Positions 19,872 to 30,336 of a DNA stretch of 64,000 nt are shown piece by piece. Within the stretch, counting starts at the first letter, position 1, and each line of letters starts with the position of its first letter. The notes under the pieces are model-generated. The model was not told the DNA's origin and searched no databases. It worked only from the letters and a program-made list of their open reading frames with translations. This DNA is from an uncultured Halanaerobiales bacterium. GTDB lineage: Bacteria; Bacillota; Halanaerobiia; B1SED10-174. A program made the position numbers and the translations under genes. The stretch covers positions 42,249 to 106,248 of the forward strand of contig CAZMQU010000006.1 in assembly GCA_964568715.1 (NCBI GenBank), written 5' to 3'.

Positions 19872-20883
19872 TATTAAACTTTCTATGCTCAAGGCTATAT
19901 TGAAATGGAAGACCGCCCCAAGCAAACTGAAAAGATATTTGGACTCTTTGCCCTTTGATCTGCCGGCTTTACCCGAACCGAAAGATAAGCCTCGCGTAAC
20001 AGCTCTTCAGATGAAGCTGTTTTTGGCGGAGACCATTGCCGACTACATTATCTGGTTGGTCCAACCGATACTGGAAGCAAGGAAGGCGGGTAGCCATCTT
20101 GTGCTTTTGCCGGAAAACGTAAGCTTGCCTTTATTGGGGCTAATTCCCGGCTTGGATAAGCAAGCTGATGAGGGTTTGGAGGGGGAATTAAGGCCGGGGG
20201 ATGTATTTAGGTTCGTATCGCCCTATTTTTTCCCGGTTTACTATACTGTTTTAAGCTACTTAGCCGGGAAGACGGGGATGTACATTGCCGGCGGTAGCAT
20301 GCCAACCGTTGAAGAGGGCTTTCTTTATAATATGGGCATTATCTTCAATCCCGCCGGTCGACCAATACTGCAACAGAAGAAATTGAACTTGATGCCCATT
20401 GAAGAAGAATGGGGTATGACCAGGGGAGAAAAGCTGGAAATAGTTGCTAGTAGGCTAGGGACAAAGATTGCCATGCCCATTTGTATGGATGCTACCTATT
20501 TTGAGACCTTTCGCTTAGCTTATCAACGAGGCGCGGAGATTATCTTGATTCCCATTGCCGACCCTAATCCGCAATACAGTGAACATATGGCTTGGCGTGG
20601 TATTTGGGCCCGGGTTCAAGAGACTCCGGTCTATGGAATTAAGAGTGCCTTAGTGGGTAACCTTTTATCCTTTAAGTTGACCGGCAAGGCCGGAATATTT
20701 GCACCGGCAGTATTAACGGCCCGGGAAGATGGTGTGGTTGCCATAGCTGATAACCCGGAAGAGCCGGCTATAATATCAGCTCAGTTGGACTTGGCGGCTT
20801 TGCGCCAAGTCCAAGAGGATTGGCCTGCAGTCAACGAGGACCTTTACAGGAAATACAGGTATAATCCGGATGATAATCTTTAA
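19864..20883 (+). CDS. nitrilase-superfamily carbon-nitrogen hydrolase (intact E-K-C triad)
   Basis: LVLLPEN (Glu), conserved Lys region, PICMDATYFE (Cys) typical of CN hydrolases; start ATG 19864 overlapping upstream gene stop. Confidence 0.65.
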   Translation: MFDIKLSMLKAILKWKTAPSKLKRYLDSLPFDLPALPEPKDKPRVTALQMKLFLAETIADYIIWLVQPILEARKAGSHLVLLPENVSLPLLGLIPGLDKQADEGLEGELRPGDVFRFVSPYFFPVYYTVLSYLAGKTGMYIAGGSMPTVEEGFLYNMGIIFNPAGRPILQQKKLNLMPIEEEWGMTRGEKLEIVASRLGTKIAMPICMDATYFETFRLAYQRGAEIILIPIADPNPQYSEHMAWRGIWARVQETPVYGIKSALVGNLLSFKLTGKAGIFAPAVLTAREDGVVAIADNPEEPAIISAQLDLAALRQVQEDWPAVNEDLYRKYRYNPDDNL

Positions 20884-20963
20884 ATATGTTTGTAAGATCA
20901 TGTTAAAATTTAAAACAGGCATAAAATAAGGTGAAACGTTTTATTTTATCCCCTTAACAGTAT

Positions 20964-20992
20964 TTGCTCTGCCAAGGGATTTGTATTAAAAT
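20964..20992 (+). promoter_or_regulatory. sigma-A-type promoter of ctsR operon (TTGCTC-N17-TAAAAT)
   Basis: hexamers at 20964-20969 and 20987-20992 with 17-nt spacer. Confidence 0.4.
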
Positions 20993-20995
20993 GAA

Positions 20996-21012
20996 AGTCA
21001 AGGAAAGTCAAA
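20996..21012 (+). promoter_or_regulatory. CtsR operator (direct heptad repeat AGTCAAG-gaa-AGTCAAA)
   Basis: matches CtsR box consensus (A/G)GTCAAA-NAN-(A/G)GTCAAA; located just downstream of -10 and upstream of ctsR. Confidence 0.65.
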
Positions 21013-21026
21013 ATCAAAGGGGTGGT

Positions 21027-21503
21027 ATGATGAGAACCCTTGCTGCCCGGATTGAATATTATTTGGAGCGGTTACTCGAAGGGCAACGGGGCAAGTTGCG
21101 TATCCAAAGAAATGAAGTGGCGGCATTTTTTGATTGCGCCCCTTCCCAGATTAGCTATGTATTACAAACACGCTTTACGCCGGATCGAGGTTATATTGTT
21201 GAAAGCCAAAGGGGCGGTGGTGGCTATGTTGAAATATATAAGCTAAGGATGGGCGACCCGGTGAAACTCTTGACAAACATCTATGAAGCTCTTGATGGCA
21301 AAGTAAGCCAGCAACAAGGCTTGGATATTATTTTACGCTTGGAGGGGGAAAGTATTATTACCCCCCGCGAGGGACTCTTGTTGAGCAATATATTGCGTCG
21401 CGAAACCCTTAACAGTTTTTCTCCTTACCAAGATATAATTCGGGGTCGGATATTGAAGTCTATTGTCGAAAGTCTGTATTGGACTTTACGAAAGGAGGAG
21501 TAG
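21027..21503 (+). CDS. ctsR: class III stress gene repressor CtsR
   Basis: N-terminal winged HTH and glycine-rich loop (SQRGGGGYVEI) characteristic of CtsR. Confidence 0.85.
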   Translation: MMRTLAARIEYYLERLLEGQRGKLRIQRNEVAAFFDCAPSQISYVLQTRFTPDRGYIVESQRGGGGYVEIYKLRMGDPVKLLTNIYEALDGKVSQQQGLDIILRLEGESIITPREGLLLSNILRRETLNSFSPYQDIIRGRILKSIVESLYWTLRKEE

Positions 21504-21505
21504 GA

Positions 21506-22033
21506 ATGCTCTGTCAAGAGTGTAAAGAGAAAAAAGCGACAGTGCATTTAACTAAGGTTGTCAATGGCAAAAAGGAAGAATATTTTCTTTGTGAAGAATG
21601 TGCAAGAGCGAAAGGCGAATGGGGATTTTTAACTGAACCTGTATCACTGCACAGTTTCTTGTCTGGGCTTTTAAGCAGTTTTGAAAGCCAAGTGCAACCT
21701 AAAAGCAGTCTTGTTACTTCGCTTCAATGCGAGAAATGCGGTTTGTCTTTTGAAGATTTCAAAAAGATTGGCCGTTTTGGATGCAGTAGCTGTTATGATA
21801 CTTTTTCGGTCCAGTTGACACCTCTTTTGCAAAGGATTCATGGCCAAGGGGTCCATCGAGGCAAGGTTCCTCGCCGAACGGGGGGGCTGATACGAAAAAG
21901 AAAAGAAGTAGAAGACTTGCGTCGGCAAATGGACGAAGCGGTCCAAGCCGAACAATTTGAAGAGGCAGCACGCCTTAGGGATGAAATTCGTTTCCTGGAA
22001 CAAGAGTTGGAAGGTGATAAAGATGGCAGCTGA
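21506..22033 (+). CDS. mcsA: McsA (UVR-domain protein activator of McsB)
   Basis: CxxC zinc-finger pairs (CQEC..CEEC; CEKC..CSSC) and C-terminal UvrB/C-like motif (EEAARLRDEIRFLE). Confidence 0.8.
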   Translation: MLCQECKEKKATVHLTKVVNGKKEEYFLCEECARAKGEWGFLTEPVSLHSFLSGLLSSFESQVQPKSSLVTSLQCEKCGLSFEDFKKIGRFGCSSCYDTFSVQLTPLLQRIHGQGVHRGKVPRRTGGLIRKRKEVEDLRRQMDEAVQAEQFEEAARLRDEIRFLEQELEGDKDGS

Positions 22034-23081
22034 AGCTTACAACGGTCACAGCGAGTGGATGAAAGGAAAGGGTCCCCAAGGAGATGTAATAATGTCCACT
22101 AGGGCCCGATTGGCTCGTAATTTAAAGGATTACAAATTTCCGGCCGGAGCCGACAAAGAAGAATTAATAGCAATACGCAAAGAAATCGGTGCCACTTTGA
22201 GCGATACAAAATACAATTTCAAATTGATACATCTTGAAGATTTTTCGGAGTTGGAGCGCCGGGCTTTGGTTGAAAGGCATTTAATCAGTATGGGTCATGC
22301 CCAAGGCGGACCGGGAAAGATGTTGGCTGTAGATGAAAAGGAAGAAATAAGCATTATGGTCAATGAAGAAGACCACTTGCGTATCCAGGTTCTTTTTCCG
22401 GGTTTGCGCTTGCAAGAAGCTTTGCATATTGTCGATGAGCTGGATGATTTGTTGGAGGACAATTTGAATTATGCTTTCAGGGAGAACTTCGGTTATCTTA
22501 CCTCTTGCCCGACAAATGTGGGAACGGGTCTGCGAGCTTCGGTTATGGCCCACTTGCCAGGTTTAAAGCTTGCCGGTGCATTGGGACAAACATTAAACTT
22601 GGTTTCCAGACTTGGCTTGGCGGTTCGTGGACTTTATGGCGAAGGTAGTGGGTCTTCCGGTAATATATTTCAATTATCCAACCAAGTATCTTTGGGTGTA
22701 AGCGAGCAAGATATCATTAAGAACATGTTGGGAATTATCAACCAAGTGGTTGATCGGGAAAGGCAAGCCCGGCAAGGTATTCTCCAAGAAAACGAAAGCG
22801 AGATTAAAGACAGGATATTTCGTTCTTACGGGCTTTTGGCCAATGCTTATAAAATGACTTCCAAAGAGGCGATGGATTTACTTTCCGATTTGAAGCTAGG
22901 TATTGAACTCGATTTAATTAAAAATGTGGATAAGGGTATTTTGAATCAGTTGATGGTTTTAACTCGTCCTGCTACATTGCAAAGAATGGCGGGCGAAGAG
23001 TTAGAGCCGGTCAGACGTGATATTGAACGAGCCGAATTGATCAGACAAAAAATTCTTGGAGGTGAAATCAATGTTCGGTAG
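22023..23081 (+). CDS. mcsB: protein arginine kinase McsB (ATP:guanido phosphotransferase family)
   Basis: guanido-kinase catalytic domain motifs ([13 protein letters not shown]). Confidence 0.85.
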   Translation: MAAEAYNGHSEWMKGKGPQGDVIMSTRARLARNLKDYKFPAGADKEELIAIRKEIGATLSDTKYNFKLIHLEDFSELERRALVERHLISMGHAQGGPGKMLAVDEKEEISIMVNEEDHLRIQVLFPGLRLQEALHIVDELDDLLEDNLNYAFRENFGYLTSCPTNVGTGLRASVMAHLPGLKLAGALGQTLNLVSRLGLAVRGLYGEGSGSSGNIFQLSNQVSLGVSEQDIIKNMLGIINQVVDRERQARQGILQENESEIKDRIFRSYGLLANAYKMTSKEAMDLLSDLKLGIELDLIKNVDKGILNQLMVLTRPATLQRMAGEELEPVRRDIERAELIRQKILGGEINVR

Positions 23082-25515
23082 ATATACCGATAGGGTCCAA
23101 AAAGTTTTAATGTTGGCGGAAAAAGAGGCCAGGCGTTTAGGCCATAACTATATCGGAACGGAGCATCTCTTATTGGGGTTGATACAAGAAGGGCAGGGAG
23201 TTGCCGCCCAAGTTTTGCAATCATTGGGTATCGGCTTGGAAAAAGTGCGACAAGAAGTGGAGAAATACATGGCAACGGTTACTGAATTGGAAGCCCATGA
23301 TATCGCGCTGACGCCTCGCTCAAAGAAGGTTCTTAATTTGGCAATTGATGAAGCACGGCAACTGAATCATAGCTATATTGGAACGGAACACTTATTGTTG
23401 GGTTTGGTTCGAGAGGGTGAGGGTATAGCTGCCCGGGTGATGAGGGGGTTGGGAGCCGATTTAGGGGTTATCCGCAAGGAAGTAATAGCCCAACTGGGTG
23501 GATTATTAGGCACAAAGACTTCTACAGGCGACCATAAAAAATCCAAGACACCTACCTTGGACGAATTTAGCAGGGATTTAACTCGACAAGCCCGGGAAGG
23601 CAAGTTGGATCCGGTTATCGGCCGGGAAAAGGAGATTGACAGGGTCATTCAAATTTTAAGTCGCAGGACCAAGAATAATCCTGTTTTAATCGGTGAGCCT
23701 GGGGTGGGCAAGACGGCCATTGCCGAAGGGTTGGCCCAATTGATAACCCAAGGAAATATTCCTGATACCTTAATGAACAAAAGGGTGTTGTTGCTGGACT
23801 TGAGTGCTTTGGTGGCCGGTTCCAAATATCGAGGCGAATTTGAAAAGAGAATGAAATCCGTTATGGACGAAATCCGCTTGGCCGGCGATGTGATTATCTT
23901 TATCGATGAACTTCATACACTGGTCGGCGCCGGTGCTGCCGAAGGGGCCATTGATGCGGCCAATATACTGAAACCGGCTTTGGCCAGGGGTGAGTTGCAA
24001 TGTATAGGAGCAACTACCTTGGATGAGTATCGTAAGCATATTGAAAAAGATGCGGCCCTGGAAAGACGTTTTCAGTCAATTTTGGTGGATGAACCGACCG
24101 TTGAGGAAGCCAAAGAAATATTAGCCGGACTGCGGGATAATTACGAAGCCCACCACCGGGTAAAGATTACCGACGAGGCGATTGATGCTTCCGTTGTTCT
24201 TTCACAGCGATATATCTCTGATAGATATCTGCCTGACAAGGCCATAGATTTAATCGATGAAGCCGGTTCAAAGGTTAGGTTGCAGCAAAATACCAGGCCG
24301 TCGGCTCTGAAAGATTTGGCCAAAAAAGTGGAAAGGATTGAACAGGAAAAAGAAGAAGCTGTAAGGGCACAAGAGTTTGAAAAAGCGGCCCGTCTGAGGG
24401 ATGAAGAAAAAAAGCTTCGGCTGGAAATGGAAGAAACCAAGGAGGCTTGGGAGAAAAAGAAGGGGCATGCCCAGTTGGTAGTTACTGAAGATGACATTGC
24501 CGGCATTGTATCACAATGGACCGGAATACCCGTTAACAGGCTGGCTGTGGAAGAAAAGACCAAGCTGCTGAACTTGGAGGAAGAGTTACACCGAAGGGTT
24601 ATCGGTCAAAATGAAGCCGTCAATGCCGTTTCACAAGCCGTTAGACGTGCAATGGCCGGTCTTAAGGATCCTAAACGGCCCGTCGGGTCATTCATTTTTT
24701 TGGGTCCGACCGGTGTTGGGAAAACGGAACTGGCGAGAGCGCTTGCCCAGTCACTATTCAACGATGAAGACGCCATGATCCGACTCGATATGTCGGAATA
24801 TATGGAAAAACACACTGTATCCCGTTTGGTAGGTTCCCCGCCGGGGTATGTCGGCTACGATGATGGAGGTCAATTGACGGAACAGGTACGCCGCCGTCCT
24901 TTCTCGGTGGTATTATTTGATGAGATTGAAAAGGCCCATCCGGAAGTGTTTAACGTTCTGCTTCAAGTTTTGGAGGACGGGCATCTAACCGATTCTCACG
25001 GTCGAAGAGTTGATTTTAAAAATACGGTAATAATTATGACCTCCAATGTCGGGGCCACTTTGATTGAAAGGCAGGACAGTATGGGTTTCCGGACCGACTC
25101 GGATCGGGAGCAGGCATCATATGACTCGATGAAAGAAAAAATAACCAGGGAGTTGCGCAATACTTTCCGCCCTGAATTTCTAAACAGAGTCGATGAGACC
25201 ATTGTCTTTCATGCCCTGACCAAAGAACACATCAACGAAATCGTTGATTTGATGCTGCGTGAATTGCAGGATAGGTTAAAGGAGCAAGATCTTTCCTTGG
25301 AAGTAAGCGATGCAGCCAAAGAATTGCTGGTTGAGGAAGGATTTGACGTCCAATTTGGTGCCAGACCCTTGCGTCGGGCAATCCAAAAGCTGATCGAAAA
25401 TCCCTTGGCGGAAAGATATTTAGCCGTTGAATTTTTGGCCGGCGACAGAATTTTGGTTGATAAAGACGGCAAGGCATTGAGTTTTGTCAAAAAAGAAAAA
25501 CAAATGCAAGAATAA
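23071..25515 (+). CDS. clpC: ATP-dependent Clp protease ATPase subunit ClpC
   Basis: two Clp-N repeats, two AAA+ modules ([16 protein letters not shown]), UVR linker; 815 aa. Confidence 0.9.
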   Translation: MFGRYTDRVQKVLMLAEKEARRLGHNYIGTEHLLLGLIQEGQGVAAQVLQSLGIGLEKVRQEVEKYMATVTELEAHDIALTPRSKKVLNLAIDEARQLNHSYIGTEHLLLGLVREGEGIAARVMRGLGADLGVIRKEVIAQLGGLLGTKTSTGDHKKSKTPTLDEFSRDLTRQAREGKLDPVIGREKEIDRVIQILSRRTKNNPVLIGEPGVGKTAIAEGLAQLITQGNIPDTLMNKRVLLLDLSALVAGSKYRGEFEKRMKSVMDEIRLAGDVIIFIDELHTLVGAGAAEGAIDAANILKPALARGELQCIGATTLDEYRKHIEKDAALERRFQSILVDEPTVEEAKEILAGLRDNYEAHHRVKITDEAIDASVVLSQRYISDRYLPDKAIDLIDEAGSKVRLQQNTRPSALKDLAKKVERIEQEKEEAVRAQEFEKAARLRDEEKKLRLEMEETKEAWEKKKGHAQLVVTEDDIAGIVSQWTGIPVNRLAVEEKTKLLNLEEELHRRVIGQNEAVNAVSQAVRRAMAGLKDPKRPVGSFIFLGPTGVGKTELARALAQSLFNDEDAMIRLDMSEYMEKHTVSRLVGSPPGYVGYDDGGQLTEQVRRRPFSVVLFDEIEKAHPEVFNVLLQVLEDGHLTDSHGRRVDFKNTVIIMTSNVGATLIERQDSMGFRTDSDREQASYDSMKEKITRELRNTFRPEFLNRVDETIVFHALTKEHINEIVDLMLRELQDRLKEQDLSLEVSDAAKELLVEEGFDVQFGARPLRRAIQKLIENPLAERYLAVEFLAGDRILVDKDGKALSFVKKEKQMQE

Positions 25516-25564
25516 GGTGATATTGCTACCTGTACCGTTTATTTTGGGTTTCCTTAAAGGGAAC

Positions 25565-25593
25565 TTGAAAAAAGGCTTAAAAACTGCTATAAT
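25565..25593 (+). promoter_or_regulatory. sigma-A-type promoter for radA (TTGAAA-N17-TATAAT)
   Basis: hexamers at 25565-25570 and 25588-25593, 17-nt spacer, 33 nt upstream of GTG start. Confidence 0.5.
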
Positions 25594-25626
25594 ATAAGGT
25601 AGTCGTTTGTCTGGGGAGGGGAAGCG

Positions 25627-26979
25627 GTGAAAAAAGGTAGGCATCGCTATATATGTCAGAATTGTGGTTTTTCCAGTATTAAATGGCTAGGGCAATGTAG
25701 CGATTGTGGAACCTGGAATTCCTTGGTTTTGCAAAAGGAGAGTAAACCTACCGGACCGACTGCAACTCTAAAAACCAATGTGGTGTCCATCGATAGTGTT
25801 ACCAAAAAGGAAGGACAACGACTACCTTCCCGAATGGGGGAACTGGATTGTGTCCTCGGCGGAGGCATAGTACCCGGCTCCCTTATTTTAGTTGGCGGTG
25901 AACCTGGCATAGGTAAGTCCACCTTGTTATTGCAGGTTGCCGGATTGCTTGCCGACCACGGACCCGTATTATATGTTTCAGGAGAGGAATCTTTGTTGCA
26001 AATTAAACTTAGAGGAGAACGCATCAATGCACTGGGTCCACAACTGATGGTCATGGCAGAAACAGACTTGATTCAAATTGAGCAGGCGATAGATGATACC
26101 CAACCCTGCCTAATAGTGATTGACTCCATCCAAACCATGAATCACCCGGAGGTGGATTCAGTACCGGGCAGTGTAAGCCAGTTGCGGGAAGTAGGTTTGT
26201 TTTTTTTGCAACTAAGCAAGGAACGCAATATTCCGGTAATTTTAGTTGGCCATGTTACCAAGGAAGGCTTTATCGCCGGTCCTAAAATTATTGAACATTT
26301 GGTCGATTGTGTCTTATATTTTGAAGGCGATCGACACCATTCATATCGGCTGATTCGTTGTGTAAAAAATAGGTTTGGTCCGCTGGATGAAATAGGGGTA
26401 TTCCAGATGACGGCAGGGGGCTTGGTTGAGGTTCCCAATCCCTCCGGCATGTTTATCGCCGAAAAACCGAAAGATGCTCCCGGCAGCGCAATAGTAGTCG
26501 CTATGGAGGGAACCCGCCCGCTTATGGTGGAGGTGCAGGCTTTAGTCACACCTACTGCTTTTGGTCATCCGCAACGATCGACGACAGGGGTTGACCGTCG
26601 TCGGATATCGATGTTTTTGGCTGTTTTGGAAAAAAGAGTCGGAATGCGTTTGGGTATGCATGATGTATATGTAAATGTGGCCGGAGGGTTCAAACTAAGT
26701 GAACCGGCGGGCGACTTGGGAATAATTGCCGCTATTGCTTCAAGCTTTCGCGGTACGGCGATTCCCGATGGTCTTGTGTTTTGCGGTGAGGTTGGCCTTA
26801 CCGGTGAGGTGCGCACCGTTCCTAATCTGGCAAGGCGTTTGTCGGAAGTTGAAAAGATGGGGCTGGAAACCATTATTTTGCCTCGACGGGCCCGCGGGAT
26901 AAAACCTGATAAAGATATGGATGTATCCCTAAGGTATATTAAAGATGTCGGCGAACTGGTGAGTATCCTTTTTGCTTAG
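25627..26979 (+). CDS. radA: DNA repair protein RadA/Sms
   Basis: N-terminal C4 zinc finger (CQNCGF..CSDCGTWNS), RecA-like Walker A GEPGIGKST, C-terminal Lon-like domain. Confidence 0.9.
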   Translation: MKKGRHRYICQNCGFSSIKWLGQCSDCGTWNSLVLQKESKPTGPTATLKTNVVSIDSVTKKEGQRLPSRMGELDCVLGGGIVPGSLILVGGEPGIGKSTLLLQVAGLLADHGPVLYVSGEESLLQIKLRGERINALGPQLMVMAETDLIQIEQAIDDTQPCLIVIDSIQTMNHPEVDSVPGSVSQLREVGLFFLQLSKERNIPVILVGHVTKEGFIAGPKIIEHLVDCVLYFEGDRHHSYRLIRCVKNRFGPLDEIGVFQMTAGGLVEVPNPSGMFIAEKPKDAPGSAIVVAMEGTRPLMVEVQALVTPTAFGHPQRSTTGVDRRRISMFLAVLEKRVGMRLGMHDVYVNVAGGFKLSEPAGDLGIIAAIASSFRGTAIPDGLVFCGEVGLTGEVRTVPNLARRLSEVEKMGLETIILPRRARGIKPDKDMDVSLRYIKDVGELVSILFA

Positions 26980-27000
26980 TCGATTGGGAGGTGGTCTTGA

Positions 27001-28092
27001 TTGGTAGATTTAAAGGGTATGAAGGTGGAAGAATTTTATGCAATGATTAAGATGGTTGCTCCCGGCACAAATTTACGGCGAGGTCTGGAAAACATTTTGC
27101 GGGCTAAGACCGGTGCTTTGATTGTTGTTGGCGAAAGCGAACATGTACTAGGAATTGTGGATGGTGGCTTTAATATCAATTGTGAATTAACACCGGCCAG
27201 GATTTATGAATTGGCAAAAATGGATGGGGCCCTTCTTCTCAACAGTGAGGCAAGCAGAATTTTAGTTGCCAATGCCCATTTGGTGCCCGATCCCTCCATA
27301 CCCTCAAGGGAAACAGGTATTCGGCATCGGACTGCGGAGCGGGTTGCCAGGCAAACCCAAGAATTGGTTATTTCCATCTCCCAACGACGGGACACAATTT
27401 CGCTTTTTTGGCGGGACCATCAATATGTTCTGGAGGAAATCGGTGCCATTTTAAATAAGGCCAATCAGGCTTTGCGGACATTGGAAAAATACCGCAATGT
27501 GTTGGATCAAACGATTATTGATTTGAGCGCTTTGGAGTTTGAAGACTTGGTGACGATTTCAGATATAGTGATTGTCTTACAACGCGGTGAGATGGTCTTG
27601 CGAATCCAAAGAGAGATAGAACGATATGCAGTGGAGTTGGGCAATGAGGGACGTCTGATAAGAATGCAATTGGACGAGCTTGTTGCCGGGGTTTATGATG
27701 AACTTTTAATGTTGATTCGCGATTATGCTATCGATAAAAATAAAAAAGAGCCGAAAAATGTTGAAAAAATTCTCGATGACTTGATGGAATGGTCCGGTGA
27801 AGACCTTATTGCCATGGCCAGAGTCAGTAAAGTTTTGGGCCTTGGGGGGACTGTCAGTTCTTTGGATGATTATATTTTCCCTAGGGGTTACAGACTTCTA
27901 AAAAAGATACCTCGCATGCCCTTGCCGATAATAGAAAACCTCATCCAGGCTTTCGGTAAGTTTTCGGCTATTTTAGCAGCCGACATTGAGGAGCTGGACG
28001 AGGTTGATGGAATTGGTGAAGTAAGGGCGAGAAGCATAAAAGAAGGTTTGCGTAGGCTTAGGGAGCAAGCATTATTGGACAGACATATTTAG
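27001..28092 (+). CDS. disA: DNA integrity scanning protein DisA (diadenylate cyclase)
   Basis: DAC domain (GALIVVG ... DGA) followed by linker and C-terminal HhH domain; conserved radA-disA linkage. Confidence 0.85.
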   Translation: MVDLKGMKVEEFYAMIKMVAPGTNLRRGLENILRAKTGALIVVGESEHVLGIVDGGFNINCELTPARIYELAKMDGALLLNSEASRILVANAHLVPDPSIPSRETGIRHRTAERVARQTQELVISISQRRDTISLFWRDHQYVLEEIGAILNKANQALRTLEKYRNVLDQTIIDLSALEFEDLVTISDIVIVLQRGEMVLRIQREIERYAVELGNEGRLIRMQLDELVAGVYDELLMLIRDYAIDKNKKEPKNVEKILDDLMEWSGEDLIAMARVSKVLGLGGTVSSLDDYIFPRGYRLLKKIPRMPLPIIENLIQAFGKFSAILAADIEELDEVDGIGEVRARSIKEGLRRLREQALLDRHI

Positions 28093-28508
28093 CGCAATCC
28101 GTATATGCCCAGTGCCCTTATGCGAACTTGTTCTTTATTGATAATATCTTCAAGATTCAATCCCAAGGCGTTGCAAAGGGCGGTTAAATAAAAAAGGGTT
28201 GTGCCAATCTCTTCTTCAATGATATCTTGGCACTCATCGCAAACTTGTCCTATAAGGTGGGTATTAAAGTGATCCCTCATTTCCGCTAGGGAAATGTTGA
28301 CCGGTAGCTGTTGTTTTTCTGCCATGATTTTTATGCAACCGCATGTTGTAACGGATTTTATCAAGGCACGGTTGGTTCTGCTTGTTGCTTCTTGAAATTT
28401 AGTTATGATATCCAGAATACTTTGGTGGCGTATTAGATAGTTTAAAACAGTATCTTGAAACATTGCACAAAGCTCTTGTTTGTCTTTCTGCTTTTTGGAA
28501 TTATCCAA
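28089..28508 (-). CDS. small MazG-like nucleotide pyrophosphohydrolase-family protein (tentative)
   Basis: C-terminal EExxE/..GD.L-type motif (DIIEEEIGTTLFYLTALCNALGLNLEDII) resembling MazG/NTP-PPase helices; divergent from carD. Confidence 0.35.
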   Translation of the reverse strand: MDNSKKQKDKQELCAMFQDTVLNYLIRHQSILDIITKFQEATSRTNRALIKSVTTCGCIKIMAEKQQLPVNISLAEMRDHFNTHLIGQVCDECQDIIEEEIGTTLFYLTALCNALGLNLEDIINKEQVRIRALGIYGLR

Positions 28509-28599
28509 GACTTTCGCCTCCTTGGGACGAATTAAATATCATTTTTATTATATAGAGATTTGCTTCATCTTGTCAAGTAAAAGGGTCGCGAATCGCAGA

Positions 28600-28629
28600 T
28601 TGACCACCCTAGGTCGGAGTGGTATAATT
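28600..28629 (+). promoter_or_regulatory. sigma-A-type promoter for carD (TTGACC-N18-TATAAT)
   Basis: hexamers at 28600-28605 and 28624-28629. Confidence 0.45.
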
Positions 28630-28662
28630 AAAAAGTAATGATGTATTATGGAGGGAATTACC

Positions 28663-29148
28663 ATGTTTGATGTTGGTGATAAAGTGGTTTATCCGATGCA
28701 TGGTGCAGGCACCATTGTTGCCATTGAGGAAAAGGAAGTCCTGAATGAGAAAAAGAAATATTATATCTTGCAAATGCCTGTCGGCAATATGAAGGTAATG
28801 ATCCCTCTTGACAAAGTTGAAGAGATAGGTTTGCGGGCTGTGATAACTCCTTATAAAATAGAGGAAGTAGTCAACTTATTGCAGTCAGAGGGAACAAAAA
28901 TGAACCAGAACTGGAACAGACGTTACAGGGCGAATCTGGAGAAGATCAAGACGGGGGATATCTATGAAGTCAGTGAAGTTGTCCGCAATTTGGCGCTCCT
29001 CGATAATGAGAAGGGGTTAAGTACCGGTGAAAAAAAGATGCTTAATAATGCCAAACAAATTTTGATCAGCGAGCTTGTCCTGGCTCAAAACAGTTCTGAA
29101 GAAGATGTTACGGCAATGATCGATGAAATATTCAAGATCGAAAGTTAG
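28663..29148 (+). CDS. carD: CarD/CdnL-family RNA-polymerase-binding transcription factor
   Basis: N-terminal Tudor-like RNAP-interacting domain (FDVGDKVVYPMHGAGTIV) of CarD_CdnL_TRCF family. Confidence 0.75.
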   Translation: MFDVGDKVVYPMHGAGTIVAIEEKEVLNEKKKYYILQMPVGNMKVMIPLDKVEEIGLRAVITPYKIEEVVNLLQSEGTKMNQNWNRRYRANLEKIKTGDIYEVSEVVRNLALLDNEKGLSTGEKKMLNNAKQILISELVLAQNSSEEDVTAMIDEIFKIES

Positions 29149-29244
29149 GATAACGTCAGCATCCGCCGACGTTATCAATTATTTAAAAAAAATTGGAATG
29201 AAAGGGGGTATTTTGCAGAATACTAAGGAGAAGGAGGTGCCCAA

Positions 29245-30336
29245 GTGAGAAAATGGATTTTTAGAATACTATTTTTAGGCATTGGTGGGTTTTCCGGATA
29301 TAAACTGGTTAGTTTTTTATTTCCCCACGCCGAGGTTACATTTTGGCCTCGGACTGATTTAATGATAAGCAAGCCAAGTGTTATTGGACTCGTTCTTGGT
29401 GCGGGAATCGGATTTACTGTCTTGCCTTTGGCGGCGGAACATTTGCTGCAATTATTTTTAAAGCATACAAAAAAGTTGGAAATAATACCGATACAAGATG
29501 TAGTAGCCGGTTCTTTGGGTCTTATTTTAGGTTTAATAATTGGCAGTCTTATAGTTTACGCTTTTCCAATCGATGCAATACCCGGATTTGGAGTATATTT
29601 GCGAATATTAATAAATTTGGCAACTGCCTATATGGGTATGAACTTGGTTATACGCAAAAGGGAGGAATTTTTGTCGATTTTTAAAAGAATTCCCGGTGGT
29701 GCAAAGAAAGATAAAGGGGAAAAGGAATTTAAGATATTGGATACCAGTGTCATTATTGACGGCCGGATAGCCGATATTTGCAGAAGCGGTTTCTTGGAAG
29801 GCACATTGATAATACCGGAGTTTGTTTTGGAAGAACTTAGGCACATTGCTGATTCCCCTGACCTTTTAAAACGCAATAGGGGGCGCAGGGGATTGGACAT
29901 TCTCAATCGTATCCAAAAGGATTTGGGTGTGGAGGTAGAAGTGGTATCCACCGATTATGAGGAATTAAGTGAAGTTGACAGCAAACTTGTCCGCCTTGCT
30001 CAGCATATTGAGGGTAAAATTATAACCAATGATTTTAATTTAAACAAAGTTGCCGAGCTGCAAGGGGTTACTGTTTTAAATATAAATGAACTGGCTAATG
30101 CGGTAAAGCCGATCGTTTTACCGGGAGAAGAGATGCAGGTCAAGGTTATAAAAGAAGGTAAAGAATACGGACAAGGTGTTGCTTACCTTGATGATGGAAC
30201 AATGATTGTGGTCGATGAAGGCAGAAAATATATTGGCGACCAACTGGAGGTTCTCGTGACAAGCATCCTTCAGACTGCTGCCGGCAGAATGATTTTTGCT
30301 AAACCTAAAGTGGAGGGAATATTGGAGGAAGTATGA
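29245..30336 (+). CDS. PIN/TRAM-domain membrane-anchored protein (YacL-like)
   Basis: N-terminal TM segments, PIN domain (ILDTSVIIDGRI), C-terminal TRAM-like beta domain; conserved position upstream of ispD. Confidence 0.75.
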   Translation: MRKWIFRILFLGIGGFSGYKLVSFLFPHAEVTFWPRTDLMISKPSVIGLVLGAGIGFTVLPLAAEHLLQLFLKHTKKLEIIPIQDVVAGSLGLILGLIIGSLIVYAFPIDAIPGFGVYLRILINLATAYMGMNLVIRKREEFLSIFKRIPGGAKKDKGEKEFKILDTSVIIDGRIADICRSGFLEGTLIIPEFVLEELRHIADSPDLLKRNRGRRGLDILNRIQKDLGVEVEVVSTDYEELSEVDSKLVRLAQHIEGKIITNDFNLNKVAELQGVTVLNINELANAVKPIVLPGEEMQVKVIKEGKEYGQGVAYLDDGTMIVVDEGRKYIGDQLEVLVTSILQTAAGRMIFAKPKVEGILEEV

